Of a DNA stretch of 51,858 nt, positions 43,716 through 51,856 are shown one piece after another. The notes under the pieces are model-generated. The model worked only from the letters and a program-made list of their open reading frames with translations, did not search any database and was not told the origin of the DNA. Origin of the DNA: an uncultured Selenomonadales bacterium. Lineage in GTDB: Bacteria > Bacillota > Negativicutes > Selenomonadales > Selenomonadaceae. Position 1 is the first letter of the stretch. The number at the start of each line of letters is the position of its first letter. The stretch covers positions 1 through 51,858 of the forward strand of contig CAMNLS010000001.1 of assembly GCA_946543495.1 (NCBI GenBank), read 5' to 3'. The translations under genes and the position numbers were made by a program.

Positions 43716-45038
43716 TTAGCTGTTGACGACGACTTGAGCAATGTTTTTATTATAAAAGTCAATCTGAGCGTCCGCGCCCAAGACGAGCACTTCGCCGGGC
43801 TGCTTAGCTAAAATTTTTCCGCTGGGCGTCTTAATCTTCCAGTTGAAGTTTGAATCGTTCTTGAGTCCAAATTTGCCGGGCTTCTCCAAGATGACTGCCG
43901 CCTTTGTCGCGAAGTCCTCCGATAAAGAATTCATGTGATAATCGTAGAGCACAACATCTTTGAAAATCGGAACGGTGACATCTTGCCCCGCGCGCTTGCC
44001 GAAGAGTAAATGACCTATTGCCTTAACTGACTTCTTGCAAGACTGACAGACCGTCACACGGTCGCTTTCCAAAAACATTTCCTCGCCGCAATGCGGGCAA
44101 CGAATTAACGAACTCTTCAGCCGCATTAAGATATTGAACCAATCTTGCTCAAGCAAACGCTCCTTGCCGCCCAATAAACTTTCTTGGCTGAACGACTGAC
44201 AGAACGCCTCTTGAATGAAACTCGGAAAGAATCCCCACAACCTTAGCGCGTTTTGATGTAGGAGCTTATGCGGTGCGTTCGATGAATCTTTTTTGTCGAA
44301 GATGAACAGCGGCTCCGTTCCGTAAATTTTTTTCTCATACTTATTCGTAAGCGCGGGATAATTCGTCTTGATGCCTTCGAGCGGGTGATTGCCGACGAGT
44401 AGCATGAAGAGTATCACCGCCAAAGAAAATCTGTCCGTTGACTTATCGGGCTTCTTCTCACCGCGCACGACTTCCGGAGCCATGTAACGAGCCTTGCCCA
44501 ATACGCCGGAGTATTCACCGTGCCCCATGACGTTATCATTGTCGCAGATTAGAACTTTGCCGTTCGTCGGGTCGATAGAGAAATTGCCGTCGTTGAGGTC
44601 TTGATAATTGTAGCCTTTGTTGTGCAGAGCCTTGAAGGCGGCAACGATATTCAACGCGGCATCGACCATCGCGGCAACGTTCTTGAATTGAGCCTTCGCC
44701 AAGAGATAGCGCGAAAAGCTTTCGTAGCCCTTCGGAAAGATTTTCATCGTGTAGCCGAAGGTCTCGCCTTCAACGTACTCGGTTAATTGCTCCGGCCAAA
44801 GGAAAGCTTCCGACGGCGAACCGACTTTTATATTGTCTGCAAGGTGTCTATAGAACTGCAACGGGTCTTTGAGGTAGCCGAGGAAGAACCATTTAAGCGC
44901 GCGTTCCTCGCCCGTGTCATAGCGCACGCGATAAACGATGCCTTGACCGCCCTCGCCGAGCTTATCGGTCACAGTGATTGTCCGCCCGTCCGCTAGTCTC
45001 AAAGTCTGATTCTTTCTTAATGGAACGAAGTCCGCCAT
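43716..45038 (-). CDS. Ser/Thr protein kinase (Hanks-type) with C-terminal zinc ribbon and beta-rich domain
   Basis: Gly loop 'LGEGGQGIVYRV', 'ERALKWF' Lys, catalytic loop 'YQDLNDGNF', 'ICDNDNV' (DFG equivalent), 'ARYMAPEV'. Then 'CPHCGEE...CQSCKK' and a tail of about 110 aa. Start at ATG 45038 (GAAGGGGTG upstream); the track starts at 45068. Confidence 0.85.
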   Translation of the reverse strand: MADFVPLRKNQTLRLADGRTITVTDKLGEGGQGIVYRVRYDTGEERALKWFFLGYLKDPLQFYRHLADNIKVGSPSEAFLWPEQLTEYVEGETFGYTMKIFPKGYESFSRYLLAKAQFKNVAAMVDAALNIVAAFKALHNKGYNYQDLNDGNFSIDPTNGKVLICDNDNVMGHGEYSGVLGKARYMAPEVVRGEKKPDKSTDRFSLAVILFMLLVGNHPLEGIKTNYPALTNKYEKKIYGTEPLFIFDKKDSSNAPHKLLHQNALRLWGFFPSFIQEAFCQSFSQESLLGGKERLLEQDWFNILMRLKSSLIRCPHCGEEMFLESDRVTVCQSCKKSVKAIGHLLFGKRAGQDVTVPIFKDVVLYDYHMNSLSEDFATKAAVILEKPGKFGLKNDSNFNWKIKTPSGKILAKQPGEVLVLGADAQIDFYNKNIAQVVVNS

Positions 45039-45067
45039 AAATATCACCCCTTCAAAAGTTTTCGTCA

Positions 45068-45096
45068 ATTATAATTCGTTGCCCCTCTTTAATCAA
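45068..45096 (-). promoter_or_regulatory. Sigma70-type promoter of the kinase-vWA-PP2C-GrpE-like-Hsp70-like operon (TTGATT-17 nt-TATAAT)
   Basis: On the minus strand: -35 TTGATT (45096-45091), 17-nt spacer, -10 TATAAT (45073-45068). About 30 nt upstream of the kinase ATG. Confidence 0.5.
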
Positions 45097-45178
45097 GACA
45101 GGAGCGACGAGACGTTGTATTCAATGGTCGCGTTGACGTTATTGATAATCTGTAGTATTCTTCGCGCATGTGAGGTGA

Positions 45179-45808
45179 TTGAGCTTGGCAAATAAAATCA
45201 TCGTCGCGGGCATTGGACCGGGCAACGAAGATTATATCTCGCCCACCGCGCTGAAAAGGATTCGTACGGCTAAGTTCCTTGTTGGCGGACGCCGTGCGCT
45301 TGATGAGTTCGCGGCGGTCAATCAGATAACCTGCGCCATAACCCGCGACCTCGACGCGCCGATTAACTTTATCCGCGACAATCTCCCGCTTGATGATGTC
45401 GTCGTCATGGTCAGCGGCGACCCCGGCTATTATTCGTTGCTTGACTTGCTCAGAAAAAATTTCTCGCCGCAGTCAATCGAAGTCATTCCGTCAATCAGCG
45501 CAATGCAACTCGCCTTTGCAAAGCTTGCGCTCCCGTGGCACGACGCAACCTTACTTAGCTTTCACGGACGACAACCGACGCCCGACGCATTGAAGTTCAC
45601 GGACGGAAAAATTCTTGGGCTCTTAACAGATGCAGAGTTCAATTCCGCGACAATCTCCAAGCTCCTAATTGATTACGGCTGGGATAAAAATTCTTCCGTA
45701 ACGATTTGCGCTCGCCTCTCTTACCCCGACGAAAAAATTATAGCGACGACACTCGACGCCGCCGCTAACGCTGAACCGGTTAAGCATTGCATTTTGATTG
45801 TAAAATAA
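45179..45808 (+). CDS. cbiE: Precorrin-6Y / cobalt-precorrin-7 C5-methyltransferase CbiE
   Basis: 209-aa ORF. 'IIVAGIGPGNEDYISP' and 'VVMVSGDPGYYSLL' tetrapyrrole-methylase motifs, CbiE-like length. TTG start after GAGGTGA. Confidence 0.7.
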   Translation: MSLANKIIVAGIGPGNEDYISPTALKRIRTAKFLVGGRRALDEFAAVNQITCAITRDLDAPINFIRDNLPLDDVVVMVSGDPGYYSLLDLLRKNFSPQSIEVIPSISAMQLAFAKLALPWHDATLLSFHGRQPTPDALKFTDGKILGLLTDAEFNSATISKLLIDYGWDKNSSVTICARLSYPDEKIIATTLDAAANAEPVKHCILIVK

Positions 45809-46037
45809 ACTTGAGGTCAACTACCCCATGACTAAAGTCAAGGGCTTGCAGCTGGACTGAAATCCGCCGCGTTCGGCTGGTTGACTACAGCCTTGCAAAT
45901 ATTTCTACTTGCAGCATTGAAGTCTTACAACTACTAGTCGGGTGCCTTCGTGTTTCAGCACTAACCGTTTTTCCGATGTTCAAATTATAAATTCAGGTCT
46001 ATAAAAAATCAAGAAAGGCGCATTAAGGTGATTTGAA

Positions 46038-46808
46038 ATGAGTTATAGGCTTTGGGACTTCTTTAAGGACTTGCAAACGAGTTATGAGCTTGTCGACTTA
46101 ACGCACGCGCTCGACAACGACAGCCCCTATTGGGCGGGAATTCCGGAAGGCTCCGTGGAATTGGGCAAGACGTGCTTTGATTGGGGCAATCCGATGCTTG
46201 AATGCTTGATTCAAACGTTCAAGTTCCCCGGACAGTTCGGCACGCATGTCGACTTCCCCGGACACTTCATCAAGGGCGGCAAGCTTAGCGATGCTTACGG
46301 CGTGCAGAATATGATTTATCCGTTGTGCGTCATCGACATAAGCGCGAAGGTTGCTGAGGACGTTCACTACGCTGTGACGGCGGACGACATCAAAGCCTAC
46401 GAGAAAACGTACGGAGACATTCCCGACGGAGCATTCGTCGCTCTGTATAGTGGTTGGGCGCGTCATTGGTCCGACATGAACGCCATTAGCGGCATTGCTG
46501 AAGACGGTAGCGAAAACTTTCCTGGCTGGAGTATTGACGCGTTGAAATACATTTACGAGACGCGCAACGCCGCCGCCAATGGTCATGAGACTTTAGACAC
46601 CGACGCTTCAAAGCTTGCGGCTGAGGCGGGCGACCTTGCTTGCGAACGTTACGTGCTGTCAAAGGGCAAACTTCAAGTCGAAGTCTTGACGAATCTTGAT
46701 AAGGTTGCTTCGGTTGGTGCATTGGTGTTTGTAGCGTGGGCAAATATTAAAGGCGCAACGGGTTTACCTGCGCGATTGATTGCTATTACTCCTAAATCAT
46801 TCGATTAA
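46038..46808 (+). CDS. Cyclase-family protein (kynurenine formamidase-like)
   Basis: 256-aa ORF. Metal motif 'QFGTHVDFPGHF' (HxGTHxDxPxH type) of the putative-cyclase family. Confidence 0.75.
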   Translation: MSYRLWDFFKDLQTSYELVDLTHALDNDSPYWAGIPEGSVELGKTCFDWGNPMLECLIQTFKFPGQFGTHVDFPGHFIKGGKLSDAYGVQNMIYPLCVIDISAKVAEDVHYAVTADDIKAYEKTYGDIPDGAFVALYSGWARHWSDMNAISGIAEDGSENFPGWSIDALKYIYETRNAAANGHETLDTDASKLAAEAGDLACERYVLSKGKLQVEVLTNLDKVASVGALVFVAWANIKGATGLPARLIAITPKSFD

Positions 46809-47749
46809 GCGATTAAGCACGCGCATATTAAAAATAAAATCGTGGCGGTGTACATCATGCGAATCGCGCCGAGTATGTGCACCGCTTCTAAATTTTCGTC
46901 AGGCTCGCCCATGTAAGCGCGGAAGTGCGGCTCGCCGAAATAATAATTCATGCCGCCCAATCGAATATGTAATGCTCCCGCGACTGTTGCCTCAGCCCAG
47001 CCGCCATTCGGACTTGGATGCTTTGCGGCGTCGCGTCTCATCATATTAAAGGCGTTCTTGTAGTCGAGCTGAAGAAGCATCGCCGCCCCGATAAATAACA
47101 AGCCCGTCAGCCGCGCAGGAATTAAATTCGCCACGTCGTCAAGCCGAGCCGCCACGCGTCCGAAGTAAAGATACTTGTCGTTCTTATAACCAAGCATTGA
47201 ATCCATTGTGTTAATCGCCCGATAGGCGATTGCAAGCGGCAAGCCTCCAATGGCAAAATAAAATAGCGGCGATATAATTCCGTCAACGGTGTTTTCCGCG
47301 ACGGTTTCGACGGTGGCGCGGGTGATTTCCGATTCGTTAAGGTTTTGAGTATCGCGCCCGACAATCCAGCCGACTTTCTCGCGGGCACGCACGAGGTCTT
47401 CCCTTGCCAACAAAAAATAAATTTCGCGACCTGCGTCGCCTAAACTGCGCGGGCTAATCATGAAGCTAAGCACCAACGCTTGAATAAAAATTTGCGCGGC
47501 AAGGCTTGGAAGTTGATTCGTCAGAGCTTCGACGCTCCAGCCAATTATGAACGTTGCAAGCACGACGATAACAACGAGCACGCCGCCCTTGAAGATTTTT
47601 TTATTTGGGCTGTCGAGGTCGCGGCGCAAACATTTTTCGAGCGCGGAAATTAAATTGCCAATCAAAACGACGGGATGAAATTTGCTACGCGGGTCACCAA
47701 TCATCGCGTCAATCAGGAAGGCGACGACCGCTATAATTATTGGACTCAT
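46805..47749 (-). CDS. cbiB: Adenosylcobinamide-phosphate synthase CbiB/CobD
   Basis: Membrane protein with N-terminal 'IDAMIGDPRSKFHPVVLIGNLI', plus 'SPNGGW' and 'GGMNYYFGE', typical of CbiB. The start is either 47749 (MSPIII) or 47776. Confidence 0.85.
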   Translation of the reverse strand: MSPIIIAVVAFLIDAMIGDPRSKFHPVVLIGNLISALEKCLRRDLDSPNKKIFKGGVLVVIVVLATFIIGWSVEALTNQLPSLAAQIFIQALVLSFMISPRSLGDAGREIYFLLAREDLVRAREKVGWIVGRDTQNLNESEITRATVETVAENTVDGIISPLFYFAIGGLPLAIAYRAINTMDSMLGYKNDKYLYFGRVAARLDDVANLIPARLTGLLFIGAAMLLQLDYKNAFNMMRRDAAKHPSPNGGWAEATVAGALHIRLGGMNYYFGEPHFRAYMGEPDENLEAVHILGAIRMMYTATILFLICACLIA

Positions 47750-47829
47750 TAAATCAAACCTTCTAAAGTTTTCCAAAAAGTATTCGGGTGCTTAAAAATT
47801 TTTCCTGCAATGTTTAGGAGTGACTTAAC

Positions 47830-48672
47830 TTGAAAAATATCATCGTGAACGCGGACGACTTCGGTCGGCATGAATTGATTAATCGTGCAGTCGAGCGGGC
47901 GTTCAATGCGGGTTGCTTGAGGTCGGCGACGCTTATGGCGGGCGGCGTTGCCTTCGACGACGCTGTTCAACTTGCAAAGAAAGTTTCGGGCTTGGGCGTC
48001 GGGATTCACTTCACGCTTGCCAATGGCAATCCGATTCTGCCGCCGAAAGAAATTCCCTCGCTCGTCACGGAGGAGGGAACGTTTCATGGCGACTATATAA
48101 AATTTTTGAAACGCTATCTGAGTGGGAAGATTTCTTTGGCTGAAGTTCGTTCGGAACTCGCCGCGCAGTTGGAAAAGATTTTGAACGCGGGCTTGACGTT
48201 GACGCACTTCGACAGCCATCAACACTTGCACCACGTACCGGGCATATCCGAAATTGCTTTAGACTTGGCGGAGGCGGCGGGGATTAAGTCAATGCGCGTG
48301 GCGAATACAAAACTTTTTGACGGTGAACTCAACAGCTTAGGCAAGTTCGTCGGGCGATTGGGTTTGGGGTCGTTGGCTAAGCTCACGGCTCATCAAGCGC
48401 ACAAAAAAAATTTCGCGACGCCTGATAACTTCGCGGGAATCGTGGCGGGCGAAGAGGTTAGCGAAACTTTTATGATAAACTTGATTGAGAACTTGCACGC
48501 GGGCACAACGGAAGTTATGTTGCACCCCGGCACCGACAATGAAACTTTGCAAGGCTTTTGCCAATGGGCGCACGACTTCGAGGCGGAACTTGCCGCAGTG
48601 ACTTCGCCGCGTGTGTTGAGCTTGCTTGCCGAGAAAAATATTTCAGCGATTAACTTTGCGGACTTGAGGTGA
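47830..48672 (+). CDS. YdjC/ChbG/HpnK-family carbohydrate deacetylase
   Basis: 280-aa ORF. N-terminal 'IIVNADDFG' and 'HFDSHQHLHH' motifs of the YdjC family. TTG start. Confidence 0.75.
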   Translation: MKNIIVNADDFGRHELINRAVERAFNAGCLRSATLMAGGVAFDDAVQLAKKVSGLGVGIHFTLANGNPILPPKEIPSLVTEEGTFHGDYIKFLKRYLSGKISLAEVRSELAAQLEKILNAGLTLTHFDSHQHLHHVPGISEIALDLAEAAGIKSMRVANTKLFDGELNSLGKFVGRLGLGSLAKLTAHQAHKKNFATPDNFAGIVAGEEVSETFMINLIENLHAGTTEVMLHPGTDNETLQGFCQWAHDFEAELAAVTSPRVLSLLAEKNISAINFADLR

Positions 48673-48676
48673 TTGA

Positions 48677-49060
48677 ATGACACGTGAACGCATGTTAGAA
48701 ATTGTCCGATTCTGTTTCGTGGGCGGCGTCTCGTTTCTTATGGATTATTCGTTGCTGTTCGTGCTCACGGAGTTTGCGGGCATTTATTATCTTTACTCGT
48801 CGGCGATTTCGTTCAGCATAACAGTCGTCTTCAACTATTGGCTGTGTGTTATTTACGTCTTCAAAGGCGCGAAGAAGCAGACGACACGGCAAGCGATAAT
48901 TTTCTTTGGGTCGGGCGTTGTTGGGCTCGGACTCAATCAGCTTTGTATGTGGTTCTTCGTCGACGTAACGAACTTTCATTACATGCTTGCGAAGATTTTT
49001 GCGACTGCTATCGTCACGATTTGGAATTACGTAACCAAACGCAAAGCCGTCACGGGCTAA
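48677..49060 (+). CDS. GtrA-family membrane protein
   Basis: 127-aa, 4-TM ORF. 'RFCFVGGVSFLMDYSLLF' and 'IVTIWNYVTKRK' are typical of GtrA-like proteins. Confidence 0.8.
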   Translation: MTRERMLEIVRFCFVGGVSFLMDYSLLFVLTEFAGIYYLYSSAISFSITVVFNYWLCVIYVFKGAKKQTTRQAIIFFGSGVVGLGLNQLCMWFFVDVTNFHYMLAKIFATAIVTIWNYVTKRKAVTG

Positions 49061-50442
49061 ACCGCGCAAGTGTCATAGAGTCGCCGCAGAAACTTTCCAA
49101 AGCCTTTGACCGTCGAATCGAACTTGAAAGGCTCCGTTAGTCGATAGAAGACCTCGTGAAGTGTCAAGTTGGATTTGTTGCCGTCAATCGTGGCGAAAAG
49201 TTTTTTGTCGACGAGCTTAGCCGGATTAGCCTCGAACATGTCGGGGTTTATCAAGAATATTTCGCGTCCATTGAGCGTTTCAATCTGCTTGAGCCACGCC
49301 GCGAACGCCTCAGCATAAAAATTAAAGTTCACGACTTCGGGCGAGGTTAAGTCAACGTCCTTTAAGAAGTCCACGAACCACGGATATTTATAATCCTTCG
49401 CGTCGCCCGACATCAAAGCTATCAACACGGGCTTAATCAAGTGGACGTAAGCAAAAATAAATCGGGCGAACTGCACAAAACGTTCACTCGACGCGGGGAA
49501 GTCGCTCCAAGAAAATTTATCGCGCTCGTGGTGGCAAATGTACTTAAAGATTTTGGGCGTGTGCAGAGGTCGCGAATAAAAGTCAGCCGCCGCCAATGCC
49601 GCATAAAGTTCGACGATGTGCGCCTCGTTGCGTTGATTCGCCGAGCCAACGCTGAACTCTCCGACGGGCGTCATCACCGAATCGCCAACAAAATACGTCG
49701 CGTCGAAGAGGTTTTCTTTCTCCGAATAATATTTCAGCGCGGCTTTAGTGTTTGGCAAAAAATTTTCACTGCGGGCAAAGAGTTCGTCGAGCTTATCAAC
49801 TGGCGTGAAGCTGAAGTAGGGCAGAATCAACACGCCGCCGATTGAAACTCTGTCCGCGTAGTCAGCGAGATTATTTTTAAGCAAGCGGGCAATAGTTGGT
49901 AAGCCAGCCGCGCCCGTGCCACCGAAGACCGAGCCGGCTAAAAAAATTTTCACGGAGTCGCCCTCGCCGATAACTTTTTCAATCTGAGCGGTGAGCCTTG
50001 AGCCGTCATCGAACTTCTTAGCAAGAACCGCCGCGCCAATCGACGGGTGTCCGCGGAAGCCTTCGTTGAGCGTGGTGTCACGTTCTTTTTTTGTGTAAAG
50101 AACTTCATAGAGCTTGCCAACGGGCGTGTTGCTGTGATGATAAAATTCGATGAGGTCGTCAAGCGTCTTGTCATGACCGGTTGGATTCCACGGAAACGGG
50201 CGCACGATTGAAATTTTATTTTTAAAAAGCGTTGTGTCATTGCCGACGGAAAAATTTTGGAAGACGACGAAATTATTTAGAGCAGTCGAAGTCCTTTCAA
50301 GGTTGCCATTGCCGACATCGGGATCAATCGCCGCTATATAAAGTCGTTCGTTGCTCGGCAATAAGCCTGCAATGCAAAGGTGCGTTAAACTCTCCATGAC
50401 CTTCGCGCCCGTGCCGCCGATTGATATAAAGTAATAGCTCAT
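49057..50442 (-). CDS. Tubulin/FtsZ-like GTPase (Tubulin_2 / FtsZ-like-1 type), function unknown
   Basis: 461-aa ORF. N-terminal 'YYFISIGGTGAKV' (T1-like), 'FRGHPSIGAAV', and 'FLAGSVFGGTGAAGLPTIA' (tubulin signature-like GGTGxxG). Long C-terminal region of unknown fold. RBS GGGAG. Confidence 0.5.
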   Translation of the reverse strand: MSYYFISIGGTGAKVMESLTHLCIAGLLPSNERLYIAAIDPDVGNGNLERTSTALNNFVVFQNFSVGNDTTLFKNKISIVRPFPWNPTGHDKTLDDLIEFYHHSNTPVGKLYEVLYTKKERDTTLNEGFRGHPSIGAAVLAKKFDDGSRLTAQIEKVIGEGDSVKIFLAGSVFGGTGAAGLPTIARLLKNNLADYADRVSIGGVLILPYFSFTPVDKLDELFARSENFLPNTKAALKYYSEKENLFDATYFVGDSVMTPVGEFSVGSANQRNEAHIVELYAALAAADFYSRPLHTPKIFKYICHHERDKFSWSDFPASSERFVQFARFIFAYVHLIKPVLIALMSGDAKDYKYPWFVDFLKDVDLTSPEVVNFNFYAEAFAAWLKQIETLNGREIFLINPDMFEANPAKLVDKKLFATIDGNKSNLTLHEVFYRLTEPFKFDSTVKGFGKFLRRLYDTCAV

Positions 50443-50569
50443 AATCTACTCCCATTTGTCACTTACAAATTTTTCTTTTGCGCGTCCAAAAGAGCCGCTT
50501 TAAAAGCGGCGGAACAATGGTTACTTCGTTCTCGTCACTGACGTAAAAGAGTACCCATTGGATGCAACA

Positions 50570-51067
50570 TCACGTTGCGTCACGTTTGCTTGTTAAAAGT
50601 TGCGCTCCAAGCGGCGTGTACTTAAAGGCAAGCGGCGTCGTGAAGATTGTTAAGAGCCAATAGCCCAACCCCGCAAAGATTGCCGCGAACAGCCCGAAGA
50701 TTATTCCGTTGAGTTTTATTCCGATTATCGGCGCGTAGAAGTGTGGAATGCCCAGACTTACAGCCAGCGATGCCATAAGCAACGTCGCCCAAAAGATTCG
50801 CTTGCCCGCGCCCGCCGCCTCGTCGACTTTAAATAAAAATCGCGCTGTAAGGAACCAACTTAGCGCACACAGTCCGTTGATTAAACCTGTCGTTCGCGTC
50901 AAAGCAAAAAATTTTTCTTGCCACCGCGAATAATTCATGTTGTCGGACGCCGTCGCTAATGCGTGCCCTGTGACGTTTGAACAAAGATAGTAAGCCGCCG
51001 CCGTGCAAGCGACCGTCACTGCCACAATTAAAAATATTTTTATGATCGTTCGCGTCGTTCGATTCAT
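50570..51067 (-). CDS. Hypothetical integral membrane protein (4 predicted TM helices)
   Basis: 165-aa hydrophobic ORF whose start overlaps the YrbL-like stop by 4 nt (ATGA). No family recognised. Confidence 0.55.
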   Translation of the reverse strand: MNRTTRTIIKIFLIVAVTVACTAAAYYLCSNVTGHALATASDNMNYSRWQEKFFALTRTTGLINGLCALSWFLTARFLFKVDEAAGAGKRIFWATLLMASLAVSLGIPHFYAPIIGIKLNGIIFGLFAAIFAGLGYWLLTIFTTPLAFKYTPLGAQLLTSKRDAT

Positions 51068-51675
51068 TCAAATTCAGCCAACTTTCTTAAGAATTCTTCC
51101 GAGAATAAAATTTTGTAACGATTACTCAGTTCCTTTACGAACATTAGCCAATACTTTTTTGCTCTCTTTTCGGCGAGCGAATCAAAGTAATAAGCCAATG
51201 GAATAAAAGCGGAAGTACCAACGTTGTCGATGATTCGGACGCGGTTTTCTGTCGGGGAAATTCTTTGCACAAGATAATTATCTGCGTCGATGCCCGCGAG
51301 CAAAATTTTTTCCGCAAAGTAAGTGTGCTTGAAGTCGAACAAAATCTTTTCAAGGTTCGCTAAAATATTTTTATCGTGAATGGCGTCTTCAAAAAGATTC
51401 AGCATGGTTTTACTGGGCTTGTCGTCGTAATCATGAACGCGCTCAAAAACGTAGCCTTTACCCTTGGAAGTTTCAATCTCGCCGAAATATTTTGTAAGGA
51501 GCGTCATTTCATTTGCGCGCTTGCCCAATGCCTTTCGATAGCGGGATTCTCGTTCCCAATCTTCATCGGGCATCGTGTGCAAAATTTTTATGCACAAGTT
51601 CTTATCGGTCGGGTGCGCGTAAACCGTCTTATGCATGCCCGTGCCCAAATATAAATCGTCCGTCAAGTTAATCAT
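51064..51675 (-). CDS. YrbL-like (PhoP regulatory network protein family) kinase-fold protein
   Basis: 'MINLTDDLYLGTGMHKTVYAHPTDKNLCIKILH' parallels the E. coli YrbL N-terminus (as I recall it, 'LSEQSPLGTGRHRKCYAHPEDAQRCIKIV'). The later 'IIDNVGTSAFIPL' also resembles YrbL. Start set at ATG 51675 (GAGG-7 nt-ATG) rather than the TTG at 51756. Confidence 0.65.
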   Translation of the reverse strand: MINLTDDLYLGTGMHKTVYAHPTDKNLCIKILHTMPDEDWERESRYRKALGKRANEMTLLTKYFGEIETSKGKGYVFERVHDYDDKPSKTMLNLFEDAIHDKNILANLEKILFDFKHTYFAEKILLAGIDADNYLVQRISPTENRVRIIDNVGTSAFIPLAYYFDSLAEKRAKKYWLMFVKELSNRYKILFSEEFLRKLAEFE

Positions 51676-51676
51676 G

Positions 51677-51856
51677 TCAATACCTCGTCTTTGTAGCCTC
51701 ATCACGTGTCGGCTCGTTAAAGCGTTCGTCGACTTCGGGAACTGTCCTTCGTTCAATCTGCGGTTCGTCGTAAGTCCTGCGGTCAGTTGAGTTAGTCCTC
51801 TCGTCGTCGTAAGTCCTGCGGTCAGTTGAGTTAGTCCTCTCGTCGTCGTAAGTCCT
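51677..51856 (-). CDS. 3' end of an upstream ORF running off the window; highly charged tail with 13-aa tandem repeats (partial)
   Basis: A minus-strand frame is open from the window edge to a TGA at 51679-51677, 1 nt before the YrbL-like ATG. It translates as '(RTYDDERTNSTDR)x2 RTYDEPQIERRTVPEVDERFNEPTRDEATKTRY*'. The repeat length of 39 bp is 13 codons. A second frame is also open, so the coding status is unproven. Confidence 0.3.
   Translation of the reverse strand, partial: RTYDDERTNSTDRRTYDDERTNSTDRRTYDEPQIERRTVPEVDERFNEPTRDEATKTRY

Noticed and set aside
50443-50569. Terminator plus independent promoter between the 4-TM gene and the tubulin-like gene.
   Set aside because: The hairpin GCCGCTT/AAGCGGC (50494-50510) is short and is followed on the minus strand only by 'TCTTTTGG'. 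The candidate -10 elements are poor. I could not decide whether the tubulin-like gene is co-transcribed, so the hairpin is noted in the finding rather than called as a feature.
51676-51756. N-terminal extension of the YrbL-like ORF: the TTG start at 51756 in the track, with that frame open all the way through the 39-bp repeats to the window edge.
   Set aside because: Similarity to YrbL begins exactly at 'MINLTDD...' (ATG 51675), which has a GAGG RBS 7 nt upstream. The extension has no RBS. A different frame ends neatly 1 nt before this ATG. A longer fusion protein cannot be strictly excluded.
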